A stretch of 64,000 bases of DNA from an uncultured Verrucomicrobiota bacterium (GCA_964578605.1 CAZODO010000017.1:3994-67993), one strand, 5' to 3'. Numbered from the stretch's first letter, positions 1-8,217 are shown. Numbers and translations: made by a program. Notes: a model not told the origin generated them from the letters alone.

Positions 1-595
1 CGCTGACCAGTCCGAGCCGGGTGCCCTCAGCATCCCAGCCGTAGGCGCGCGGCGTCACGTAATGCGCGGCCCGCGGCAGCCAGGCGCCATCCTGCATTCC
101 CCAGTGGACTTCCTGGACGCTCAGCCCTTTGCCCATGGCGTCGAGGGCATGGTAGAGCGCGTCTTCAAAGCTGTACTCCAGTGTCCCGATCTCCGGCTGC
201 CAATTCTTCAACGCGCGCTGGACCAGGTCGGCTTTGGCCTGAGCCGTCGAGGTCGGTTGATTCTCGCCCTCGGTGTAGGGCGTCACATTCCACGTCAGCC
301 GTTTGACGGCGTTCTTGACCTCGTTCAGGCACTTGGTCAACCGATCCCAATTGTCCTCCATCGTGCAGAACAGATCGTACTGGGCCTGGAGATCGCCGTA
401 GAGCGCCCCCATCAGGACCTGCTTCGCCCGCTCGGGCGTCACGGGCGAATAGATCAGGCCAAGCGAATGGTCTGACACACGAGCCTGGGTGAGCACAGGC
501 AGCGCAGAGATCGGCGCGGCCGCCCTGGGCTTAGCCGCCGTAAGCGGTTCCGGCCAGGTCCTTCGGGTTCCGAGAATGGGGTGAATCAATTCCAT
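1..595 (-). CDS. Portal protein (DUF935 / Mu gp29-like), truncated by window edge
   Basis: Not in the ORF track. Manual translation from ATG at 595 (AAAGGA SD): MELIHPILG...LMGALYGDLQAQYDLFCTMEDNWDRLTKCLNEVKNAV...DAMGKGLSVQEVHW; open to the window edge; directly after TerL. Confidence 0.85.
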   Translation of the reverse strand, partial: MELIHPILGTRRTWPEPLTAAKPRAAAPISALPVLTQARVSDHSLGLIYSPVTPERAKQVLMGALYGDLQAQYDLFCTMEDNWDRLTKCLNEVKNAVKRLTWNVTPYTEGENQPTSTAQAKADLVQRALKNWQPEIGTLEYSFEDALYHALDAMGKGLSVQEVHWGMQDGAWLPRAAHYVTPRAYGWDAEGTRLGLVS

Positions 596-605
596 GGTTT
601 CCTTT

Positions 606-2438
606 CTATGCCAGTTGCAGCCTCCCTCTGAGCCGCCAGGGATCGCGGCCGCGTTGACCTTGCCAGTGGCTTTGCGCCAGGGTCTCGGCCGTAAAGGCGC
701 CGCCCGCGGATCTCAGCGCGTGCAGGGCAAGCTTGGTGGAATCAAACGTGTCTCCATGCCGGCCGTCCGCGTCTGGCTCGCAAACGAATTGGCCTTTCTC
801 CTTCTTGACCAGTCGCCAGTCCTCGCGGACGTACCGCTCAGGCGGCAGCCAGAGATGATTGTCATCGAGCTCCGCCACCAGCAGGCCGCCGAGGAACTGC
901 TTGCTGGTGATCTTCTCCTCCTGCCCAGGCCGCTCAATCGTCTCGCTTCCGATCACCAGCTCCACTGGCAGATCGGCTGCAAGCTCCTTGCGCGCGGTCT
1001 GCGCGAAGTAGCGCTCGTTGGTGGCGTCAATGCTCAACCGCCTGGCTGGGCCTCCAGCAGGGCGGGCCCGCACCACCTGCGCGATCCGCCTGGCTCGCTC
1101 GAGCGCGACATCCGGATCGGCCGTTTTCCAATGGAAGATGGCCCGGCTGATCAGCTCGACGCCATACTCCTCGAGCACCGTGAAGCTGCTCGGGTTGCTC
1201 GTCTCCTTCGTCGTTGTGGCCAGGTCCCACCCCAGCCCGACACGGCCAGCGCCCAGGTGGTCCACTAACCACCGGAGCGCCTGGTCAAACTCTAGATCGT
1301 TCCCGATCTGGAATAGCTGACACTGGCCCACACCACGCCGCTGCGCGGTGTCGATCTGCTGCAGGCCGCAAGCTGAGGTCCCGCCTAGCACAAACTTGCA
1401 GCCATAATTGCGGTCCCAAGCATCCTTGTCCGGCGCGCGCCGGCGTGATTCCTCGGGCGTGATCGGTGCGCCGGTATCGTCGTCATAGAGCGGTATGCCA
1501 TCGGCCGCGGCGTCCCAGGCCGTGATCCGCAGGACCCAGACGCCCAGCTCGCTCCGATACCAGTTGCCCTTAGGATTGACCGGAAGCTCCGTCCCGATCG
1601 GCGGCGCTAAAAGCTCAAAGCTCGGGTGGGAATCGTCCGGCGGTGGGGTGGTAGTATATATACAGCGGAATTCCGGGTTGGCACTGATGATCGGCATGAC
1701 CGCCTCGAGCACCGCCCGGAAGTTCGGCACCCGGCCGACTTCATCCAGGATCAGGTCGCCCGTCTCGCCGACGGCCGCCGGGGTCAGGGCCACGACCTTT
1801 GTCCGGGAGTAGATCGACTGGGAATGATACAGCCTGAACTCGAGCCGGCTGTGCTCGTAAAGGTCGCTCCAATCGTCCAGGCTGATCCCCGCCACGCTCT
1901 TGCCCTTCTGATCGTCGACCACGTCCAGCTTGGTCGCTGCCGCCGCGGCCTGGCTGGCCATGAGGTTAAAGGCTTTCTGCAGCGCCTCAGCCTCTTTCCG
2001 GACGATCTCACGACCCAGGTCCAACTTCACGGACCCGAACACGACGGAGTGCCCAGCCCGCTTCATCATCTTCTTAAGCGCGATCCGGGCGGCCGTTGTG
2101 GTCTTGCCATACTGCCTGCGAGCCAGGAGCCCGCACACGCGGTGCAGCTCCACTCCGCGCTCGAATTCCCGTTGGCCCGCGCGGACGCGGACCTTGGGCA
2201 AAGAGTTGCCACCATCGCCCCGATTAGCCGGTTGAATCGCCTCAACCCCTGCCGGCTGTGCATCGGAGCTTGCGACCTGGTGGCCGGCCGTTGTCATGCG
2301 CAGGGGCGAAAAGGAGCTGCCGGATGCGCCCCTCGAGCTCTTGCCCGAGTCGCCAGCGCTTTGTGCAGCAGCCGCGGCCGCCGCAGGGCCGTCCGGCACG
2401 GCCGATCGCTTCCTGTTTTTTGTAGAAGCCTTCTTCAC
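606..2438 (-). CDS. Terminase large subunit (Mu gp28-like)
   Basis: Walker A-like RRQYGKTT, Walker B LILDEVG, RNase H-like nuclease motifs GWDLAT and HGDTFDS; lies between TerS and portal. Confidence 0.9.
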   Translation of the reverse strand: MKKASTKNRKRSAVPDGPAAAAAAAQSAGDSGKSSRGASGSSFSPLRMTTAGHQVASSDAQPAGVEAIQPANRGDGGNSLPKVRVRAGQREFERGVELHRVCGLLARRQYGKTTTAARIALKKMMKRAGHSVVFGSVKLDLGREIVRKEAEALQKAFNLMASQAAAAATKLDVVDDQKGKSVAGISLDDWSDLYEHSRLEFRLYHSQSIYSRTKVVALTPAAVGETGDLILDEVGRVPNFRAVLEAVMPIISANPEFRCIYTTTPPPDDSHPSFELLAPPIGTELPVNPKGNWYRSELGVWVLRITAWDAAADGIPLYDDDTGAPITPEESRRRAPDKDAWDRNYGCKFVLGGTSACGLQQIDTAQRRGVGQCQLFQIGNDLEFDQALRWLVDHLGAGRVGLGWDLATTTKETSNPSSFTVLEEYGVELISRAIFHWKTADPDVALERARRIAQVVRARPAGGPARRLSIDATNERYFAQTARKELAADLPVELVIGSETIERPGQEEKITSKQFLGGLLVAELDDNHLWLPPERYVREDWRLVKKEKGQFVCEPDADGRHGDTFDSTKLALHALRSAGGAFTAETLAQSHWQGQRGRDPWRLRGRLQLA

Positions 2439-2995
2439 TGCTGCCAGTCCTCCCCGAACATGAGCTGCCCAAGCCGCTCGATCTTCTCGGCGTTGGACTG
2501 GCTGCCGGTGGCGATGGCCTTGGCCTGCTCATCCGCCACCCACTTGATGAAAGTCTCGCAGGTCTCCCGCTGGTACTTGGCTTGCGCCAGCGCCAGCTCG
2601 GCCTGGTCGATCTCCTGGTCCCGCGATTTCAGGACCAGCATGAACAGGCTCTTGACGTCTTTCGGATTCGCGTGCGGGCTGATCGCAAGCTCGAACGCAC
2701 GCTGCTTGAGCGCGTCAATCGTGGCCTGGTCGAATCTCCCAGCTTGGGCCGTGGCGGCCTCGGCAAGGGCGTCCGCCGTCTCCACCGCCTGGCTCCGGCG
2801 CCGCAGGTAATGCGGCACACACACCTGGTCCCAGAAAGCTGTGAACGATCCAAGCGGCACCCGGACGCCGAACTCTTTCTCGACCAGCTCCCGCGCGTCG
2901 GCGTAGCTCATACCGCTCAAGAGCCAGTCCGCCAGCTTGGCCTGGTGCTCTTCGCGCAGGCTCATCAGCTTCGAATCTGAGCGCGGCTTTCTCAC
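2435..2995 (-). CDS. Terminase small subunit-like (DUF3486 / Mu gp27-like)
   Basis: N-terminal HTH-like segment then helical region; overlaps the TerL start; Mu synteny. Confidence 0.75.
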   Translation of the reverse strand: MRKPRSDSKLMSLREEHQAKLADWLLSGMSYADARELVEKEFGVRVPLGSFTAFWDQVCVPHYLRRRSQAVETADALAEAATAQAGRFDQATIDALKQRAFELAISPHANPKDVKSLFMLVLKSRDQEIDQAELALAQAKYQRETCETFIKWVADEQAKAIATGSQSNAEKIERLGQLMFGEDWQQ

Positions 2996-3153
2996 AAGGC
3001 GGGGCCTTGACCCTGATATTGGTTATGGCTTCGTCGCATGCGGCGCTTGGCTGTGGTCTTTGGCCTGGACGGCTTTGGCTCAGGCGGACGCAGTCCCAGG
3101 AGCCCATTACGGAACCCCCACGCCACAGGTTTCTTGGCTTTCTCCGGCGTCAT
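2992..3153 (-). CDS. Small basic hypothetical protein (53 aa)
   Basis: ATG overlaps the gp26-like stop (ATGA) and its TGA overlaps the TerS GTG (GTGA); MTPEKAKKPVAWGFRNG...QGPAL. Confidence 0.55.
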   Translation of the reverse strand: MTPEKAKKPVAWGFRNGLLGLRPPEPKPSRPKTTAKRRMRRSHNQYQGQGPAL

Positions 3154-3413
3154 GCTTCGGCGAACGCGGCTTTGCCTTTGTCGGTGAGCTTCCACTTCAC
3201 TGGTCCCCCCAGGGCTGGCCGGATCCCGGCGACGTGCCCTATGGCCTCCTGGTGCCGGAGCGCCTCTTGGAATTCGCTCTCCAGCAGCACAGGCCGGACG
3301 GTCAGGCGGCACTGGTTGAGCAGCGCGTCTTCCGGGAGCAGGAACCCCTGGCAATCGCTCAGGACCCTGAGGATCTCCACCGTGACGACCATCTGTCGGC
3401 GATTGGGTGTCAT
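3150..3413 (-). CDS. Mu gp26-like winged-helix protein
   Basis: 87 aa, EILRVL...LTDKG pattern, position upstream of TerS as in Mu. Confidence 0.6.
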   Translation of the reverse strand: MTPNRRQMVVTVEILRVLSDCQGFLLPEDALLNQCRLTVRPVLLESEFQEALRHQEAIGHVAGIRPALGGPVKWKLTDKGKAAFAEA

Positions 3414-3751
3414 CGTTTGATCCTTTCGAGCTGCCCCTCGAGCCGCGACACAGCCGAGAGGACATCGTTGACTCGGTTATGCAACGCCACAGCCCGCTGC
3501 TCATCCGCTTCCAGGATGTCCTCCTTATCCGCCTTGGCTTCCCGTCGCATCATCTCCATCGAATCCCCCAGACGCCGCACATCCTGCCGGACCGTCTCGA
3601 CTTCCGCCTTGGTGGCGTAGGTGTCGGCAAAGCTGATCTCCCGCTTCTGCGTCCGGTTGCCGCGCGTAAGGGTTACGAACGCCACTGCAAGGTTGCTGAG
3701 CGTGAGCAACGTCAGGACTACCGTCCACGCAATGCTCGGGTCGGGGGTCAT
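3410..3751 (-). CDS. Mu gp25-like (DUF2730) membrane/coiled-coil protein
   Basis: N-terminal TM helix then coiled coil ending RLEGQLERIKR; upstream of the gp26-like gene. Confidence 0.6.
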   Translation of the reverse strand: MTPDPSIAWTVVLTLLTLSNLAVAFVTLTRGNRTQKREISFADTYATKAEVETVRQDVRRLGDSMEMMRREAKADKEDILEADEQRAVALHNRVNDVLSAVSRLEGQLERIKR

Positions 3752-3759
3752 AGGGGGCG

Positions 3760-4005
3760 TTACTTACGCGGCGCGATCCTTTGAAGTCGGCTGAAGGCCA
3801 GGTTGGCCTGCTTTGGCGTGTAGGCCGCAACACCAAGGGTCCCGAAGAAAGCGCCCAATCCCGCGTAGAATACGTCCGTATCGGACATGCTCTCATTGCC
3901 CAGCGCCTGCACGAAATTCAGGGCCATCGCTTTGGCCTGCTCTTCGTTCAACGCTGTCAGGTCGCCTGCCACCGATGTTGAGTTCGTTCCGTTCGATGCG
4001 TTCAT
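3760..4005 (-). CDS. Hypothetical phage protein
   Basis: 81-aa ORF tightly packed in the late operon; hydrophobic C-terminal half. Confidence 0.6.
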   Translation of the reverse strand: MNASNGTNSTSVAGDLTALNEEQAKAMALNFVQALGNESMSDTDVFYAGLGAFFGTLGVAAYTPKQANLAFSRLQRIAPRK

Positions 4006-4018
4006 AGATTCCTTGTGG

Positions 4019-4693
4019 TTATGGGACGCTGATCTTTTCCAGCATCCGGTTGATTTCCCGCAGGGCTTCGACGGCGTTCGTCGCGCCGTGCTGGTTCACG
4101 CCCTCGCTCCCAAACGACTGCGTCTTGTCGGTCTGGAGCGCCTTGAGACGCGCGAGGCTCTGGGAAGACGAGAAGAGCGCGATGCCCTTGAGGTCCGTGG
4201 TGATCGACCGTTCGATGGTCGTCCCGTCGATTTTGATTTCTTTGGAGGTGTCATGCAGTGCGGCCGAAAATCGCGCGCATCCTGTCAGCCCCAGGCTCAG
4301 CCCAGCCGCCAGCAGGAGGACATAAATGGGTTCGCCAAGCTTCTTGACCTGGTCAACGGCCTCGCGCAGGGCCACGCCAGCGGCCCCAAGGACCATCCCT
4401 GTGAGCGTGTCCGCGTCGGTCATGCCGGCGTAATTGAGCACGATCTGCAAAGCTGCACCGATCAGCGGCGCCGCCACGGGCAAAGCCACGCGCGGTATTT
4501 TCGGGATCAGCTGTTTGAACGCCGCGATCAAGATCGGCGTGGTGATGGGGATCAAGAGTGCAGCCCAGCCCATCGCTGTCGTGACCGGGGCCTCCGGAGC
4601 CACAGGCGAATCGCCCGGCACCGCGCCCAGCAACCAGGCCATCGACATCGCCATCCCGGACGTCAGCAGGAAAAGAGGCCGGAAGATTTTCAT
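4019..4693 (-). CDS. Holin-like membrane protein fused to a lipobox-containing C-terminal domain
   Basis: Likely start MKIFRPL at 4693; several hydrophobic helices, then VLLLAAGLSLGLTGC and a soluble tail; first gene of the late operon (lysis position). Confidence 0.55.
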   Translation of the reverse strand: MKIFRPLFLLTSGMAMSMAWLLGAVPGDSPVAPEAPVTTAMGWAALLIPITTPILIAAFKQLIPKIPRVALPVAAPLIGAALQIVLNYAGMTDADTLTGMVLGAAGVALREAVDQVKKLGEPIYVLLLAAGLSLGLTGCARFSAALHDTSKEIKIDGTTIERSITTDLKGIALFSSSQSLARLKALQTDKTQSFGSEGVNQHGATNAVEALREINRMLEKISVP

Positions 4694-4893
4694 ACCCGGA
4701 AAAGAAATGGCAGCGCGCAGGCGAAAGGAGTCCGTGGGTGGAAACCACGGAGAGGAAACCCCCTGCGCGCCGCCGAAATTGCGTGAGCTTGTGGCTGCCT
4801 TTCGTTTCATCCGGGCGGCAGCCTAGAGGATGCCCGGATCAATGTATTGCCGACCGCAGGGAAAGGGCGGGGTGCTATGCTGAAGGATTTTAG

Positions 4894-5376
4894 CTAGAGC
4901 CGACGTAGTTCATTAATAAGAGCGTTAATGCGGCCTGCCACGATGAACAAGCCTCCAAGTAGCCCTAGCGATGTCCACGCGATCCCGCCGAACAGCCTGT
5001 CGTTGAGGAGCCCGGTGTTATAAACATCCTCGATCGTAGTCGGCCTCGACCAAGCGTAGCCAATACCAAAAGTCGCAAGAATGATCAGAAATCCTCCAAT
5101 CGCGCCTAAGGAGTCAAACAACCATGATCCTCTCCGATCATGAATAATCTCCACTGGGAGTGGCGATGGCTTCGGTTCAGGTGGGAGTGGCGCTGGCTTC
5201 GGGTCCGGTTGATGAAGTACTGTCTGTGGCGGCTGTGGGACGGAGTAGAGCACCGTTTCCATCCCGCAGTGTGGACAAACCGTTGTCTCTCCAGAGCGGG
5301 ACCGCTGGAAACTTATCTCCTCGTTACAGACGTTACACCGGCAGCGCGCATCAATGAGTATGCCTTCCGAGTTCAT
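4894..5376 (-). CDS. Zinc-ribbon membrane protein (moron-like)
   Basis: CNVC...CPHC, Pro-rich linker, two TM helices flanking VYNTGLLNDR; visibly AT-richer than the phage core. Confidence 0.75.
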   Translation of the reverse strand: MNSEGILIDARCRCNVCNEEISFQRSRSGETTVCPHCGMETVLYSVPQPPQTVLHQPDPKPAPLPPEPKPSPLPVEIIHDRRGSWLFDSLGAIGGFLIILATFGIGYAWSRPTTIEDVYNTGLLNDRLFGGIAWTSLGLLGGLFIVAGRINALINELRRL

Positions 5377-5412
5377 GGTTCAACGGCCAAAAAAGCTTGG
5401 CAAAAAGGTTGC

Positions 5413-5427
5413 TTTTTTTTTTTTTTT
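5413..5427 (+). repeat. Homopolymer T15 tract
   Basis: gc-TTTTTTTTTTTTTTT-cca read directly from the sequence. Confidence 0.95.
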
Positions 5428-5472
5428 CCACTGAAGAATGCTTGGTCGAACCCAGCGTTTGAGGAAAGAGAG

Positions 5473-5670
5473 ATGAGTCCAGCACCTGCGAGTGAAACCC
5501 TTACCTTTGATCCGATTTTGTTTTCCCACGTCGCTTCATGGCCTGTTGAGAAGAAGCTAGAATTGGCTCGCCAGATGGAGATCTGGGCAAAGCAACTTCG
5601 CCAGGCTTGTGCTCTTTCGGTAGAAGGTCATCAAGAAGATCATTCTTCGCGGCAGCTGAGAGCGAATTAG
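5473..5670 (+). CDS. Putative 65-aa ORF antisense to the repressor 3' end
   Basis: GAGGAAAG SD before ATG 5473; MSPAPASETLTFDPILF...; overlaps the repressor on the opposite strand, so uncertain. Confidence 0.35.
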   Translation: MSPAPASETLTFDPILFSHVASWPVEKKLELARQMEIWAKQLRQACALSVEGHQEDHSSRQLRAN

Positions 5671-6028
5671 TATCTGGGTTTTCTGCCTTGGGGATGAAGC
5701 CGAGAATTCGGCGGATTCCCTGAATCACTGGAACCTTGACCTGCGGATTCAGTTGCCGCACTTCGTTCAGGAGCTTTTCCTCTTCGGACACTCTCTTCGT
5801 CTTAGGTGGCTCCTCTCTCTTTCCGGTAATTGGGTTCGTGTCATTTAGGAGCGACTTCAATGCAAGCAGCGTCTGCAATGGCACGTTCGCCTTGCCGGTA
5901 TCATAACGGCTGATCGTCGATTGCTTTATCGCAAGCCGGTCCGCTGTCTCCGTCTGAGTCCAGCCAGATCGTGATCGTAAACGAATGAACTCGGCGTTCA
6001 AGGGATTCATAGGCGCATTAAATTTCAC
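5501..6028 (-). CDS. Prophage repressor (XRE HTH)
   Basis: LRSRSGWTQTETADRLAIKQSTISRYDTG; divergent from the early operon; no S24 autocleavage domain visible. Confidence 0.85.
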   Translation of the reverse strand: MKFNAPMNPLNAEFIRLRSRSGWTQTETADRLAIKQSTISRYDTGKANVPLQTLLALKSLLNDTNPITGKREEPPKTKRVSEEEKLLNEVRQLNPQVKVPVIQGIRRILGFIPKAENPDTNSLSAAAKNDLLDDLLPKEHKPGEVALPRSPSGEPILASSQQAMKRRGKTKSDQR

Positions 6029-6039
6029 ATCTACTTTCC

Positions 6040-6133
6040 GTAGCTATACCTGACGCATAACCCCGTCAATCTTGAAAAATTATACCGCACGCATATTCGT
6101 TGTTGACATGTATGCGCTACGCATAGTAGCTAT
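6040..6133. promoter_or_regulatory. Divergent lysis/lysogeny control region with operator-like repeats
   Basis: TTGACA at 6103-6108 (+) and TTGACG at 6069-6064 (-); palindrome TATGCG-CTA-CGCATA at 6111-6125; ACGCATA x3; GTAGCTAT x2. Confidence 0.7.
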
Positions 6134-6144
6134 TTGGGAGAACC

Positions 6145-6333
6145 ATGAAGCTCACGACGGCGACTTTCCGAAAAATCTGCGGCCTTAACGGGCTCACGGT
6201 CGCAGAACCGTGTGATCGTATCGACCGCCACAAGACCACCGTCTATCGGGCCCTGAAGAATCCTCAGCGGTTCCACCCCACCCTTGACCTGATCAATGAT
6301 GCCCTACCAATCCGACAGACCTATGCAAAGTGA
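6145..6333 (+). CDS. Ner/Cro-like small HTH protein
   Basis: 62 aa, LTVAEPCDRIDRHKTTVYRALK; first gene divergent from the repressor; GGGAG SD. Confidence 0.7.
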   Translation: MKLTTATFRKICGLNGLTVAEPCDRIDRHKTTVYRALKNPQRFHPTLDLINDALPIRQTYAK

Positions 6334-6562
6334 TCGTCGCACCGAAGCATTCGACCGTATCGCCGCTCGCGAACTTAAGACGCTTCCTGAGGACTACAGT
6401 GAGCGAAAGCAGGTATTGGATGATTTGATCCACCTGATGCCGAACGATCATCGCATGGCCAGCGAACTCCGTGATCTGGTCTCGCTGCTTTACCAGCATG
6501 ACCTACTCCAGCGCGAACTGCCGCTCAGGTTCGTGCAAGAGCGCAAAAGCCCCCAAGCCTGA
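6323..6562 (+). CDS. Hypothetical early protein
   Basis: ATG 6323 overlaps the Ner-like 3' end; 79 aa, helical. Confidence 0.65.
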   Translation: MQSDRRTEAFDRIAARELKTLPEDYSERKQVLDDLIHLMPNDHRMASELRDLVSLLYQHDLLQRELPLRFVQERKSPQA

Positions 6563-6566
6563 TCCC

Positions 6567-6800
6567 ATGACCCCCAATCACCCCGATCTTCATCCCCGGT
6601 TCAAGACAGCCTTTGGGAACGACTGTTCTGAGGAGCTGCGTTCCGGGCATCTCGCGGCGTTTTCCGGCCTTTGCCGATTCCAGGACCGGACATGGGGAAT
6701 CACTGTGTGGGCTCGGGATATCCAGGATGCCAAGGCATGGTGCAAATACCACGGGCTCACATTCGACGGCCGCATCATCGGCACCGTGCCATGGGATTAG
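6567..6800 (+). CDS. Hypothetical early protein
   Basis: ATG 6567, 77 aa, packed between neighbours. Confidence 0.6.
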   Translation: MTPNHPDLHPRFKTAFGNDCSEELRSGHLAAFSGLCRFQDRTWGITVWARDIQDAKAWCKYHGLTFDGRIIGTVPWD

Positions 6801-6801
6801 C

Positions 6802-7263
6802 ATGACCTCCTGCCCCCTCCAGCTCAACCTCAATATCCAGCTGCCGGTCAGCCGTCCGTTGGTTCCGATCGAGGCGGCCATGGTGATGCTGGACCGGGAC
6901 GAGGACCAGGTGCTTTGCCTGATCGAGGCTGGCGGGCTCACCTACGCCTGGGACATCCGATCCCAAAATGCCGAGCGGCGCGAGGTCCGGATCTGGCGTG
7001 ATTGCCTGCTGGCGAGTATCAACGGTAGCCCGCAGCCCGAGCACCCCGAGGATACCGTCCTTAACTCCCTCGTGCCGCACACCGCGGAGATCCGGTCGAC
7101 CCAGCTCCGCCGCATCTTCACCGCCAGCCAGGGGCACATCCAGAACCTGATCAACCAGGGCCTGCTCCACGGGCTCAACGAAGCCTGCACCGGCCCGAAC
7201 GGTTACGTGCGCGTGCAGCGCGCGTCCGTCGTCAATTTCCTCCGCAACCGGAGGATTATCTAA
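6802..7263 (+). CDS. Putative tandem winged-helix (excisionase/MerR-like) DNA-binding protein
   Basis: ATG 6802; IEAAMVMLDRDEDQVLCLIEAGGL and STQLRRIFTASQGHIQNLINQGLL...RASVVNFL. Confidence 0.55.
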   Translation: MTSCPLQLNLNIQLPVSRPLVPIEAAMVMLDRDEDQVLCLIEAGGLTYAWDIRSQNAERREVRIWRDCLLASINGSPQPEHPEDTVLNSLVPHTAEIRSTQLRRIFTASQGHIQNLINQGLLHGLNEACTGPNGYVRVQRASVVNFLRNRRII

Positions 7264-7275
7264 CCGAGGAAACCA

Positions 7276-8217
7276 ATGCAAAAGAGCACCTATATCGACC
7301 CCAAGAAACTTGCCGAACACGAACTGCTCAAGCGCCTGCCGCCCCTGGCTCCCGATGACCCCGACGTGATGAAGATCGCCGAGAGCATCTCCAGCCTCGG
7401 GAGAATCACTGACCCGCTCAAGATTACCGAAGACGGCCGAATCGTCGACGGCCGTCGGCGCCGCGCCGCGGCAATGCGGCTGAAGATGGCAGAGGTCCCT
7501 GTTGTTTATGTCCCCGACACGGAGGCCCCCTTCCTGGTCGTCAGCAGCCTCGAGCACCGGGCCCACTTCACCAAGAGCCAGCGCGCATACCTGGTTGCGC
7601 CATTCCTCCAGGAGGCGTTCGACTATGCTCGAGAGCGCAAGATTGCCTCTCTCAAACAAGGAGATTCTCCCGTGGCGAACGCAGTTCGTATGGGTATCAA
7701 AAGGGTGGATGAATGGGCTGAGGGGATGGGTCTCACTGTCCGTCTTCTTCAACAGGCGCAAGAACTTAGGAAGTTCTTTGAAGACCACACCCCGCGCACC
7801 ATCACCGACACCGACGACGTAACCGAAGAAGGCGTCTCATTCCAGGAATTCTTCGAACCTCGCATCCTGCGCGAGGAGAAACCCTACGGTCTCGGGGCGG
7901 CGCTGGCCGGCATCAAAGCCAAGCTCGCAATGGAAGCTTCAACCGCTCGCGGCCGACCCCACACCGGAGGCAAGCCGAAGGCAGTCGAGCAGCAGCTCAA
8001 GCTTTTCGGCCGCCTGATCACCGACGAACTCACCCGCTGGGAGTACTGGCAAGCCTGGGATGAGGAGACCCGTGCCGAGCATTGGCAAGCCGTGCGGGAG
8101 CGCATCGCAGATGTTCCCAAGACCCAGGCCGATCTCATGAGCCAGTATCACGCCAAGCTCGCGGGCGAATTCCGGCGCGCGGCCAAGGCACAGGAGAATC
8201 AATATGCTAACACATGA
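7276..8217 (+). CDS. ParB/Srx N-terminal domain protein
   Basis: PLKITEDGRIVDGRRRRAAA motif followed by an HTH region; directly before the transposase. Confidence 0.8.
   Translation: MQKSTYIDPKKLAEHELLKRLPPLAPDDPDVMKIAESISSLGRITDPLKITEDGRIVDGRRRRAAAMRLKMAEVPVVYVPDTEAPFLVVSSLEHRAHFTKSQRAYLVAPFLQEAFDYARERKIASLKQGDSPVANAVRMGIKRVDEWAEGMGLTVRLLQQAQELRKFFEDHTPRTITDTDDVTEEGVSFQEFFEPRILREEKPYGLGAALAGIKAKLAMEASTARGRPHTGGKPKAVEQQLKLFGRLITDELTRWEYWQAWDEETRAEHWQAVRERIADVPKTQADLMSQYHAKLAGEFRRAAKAQENQYANT

Noticed and set aside
62-2810. Long + strand ORFs (62-475, 594-1268, 1626-2810)
   Set aside because: Antisense shadows of the portal and terminase genes in GC-rich DNA; no motifs.
5140-5472. 5' part of the 176-aa + strand ORF containing FFFFF
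   Set aside because: Poly-Phe comes from the T15 tract and the region is antisense to the zinc-ribbon gene; only the part from ATG 5473 has an SD.
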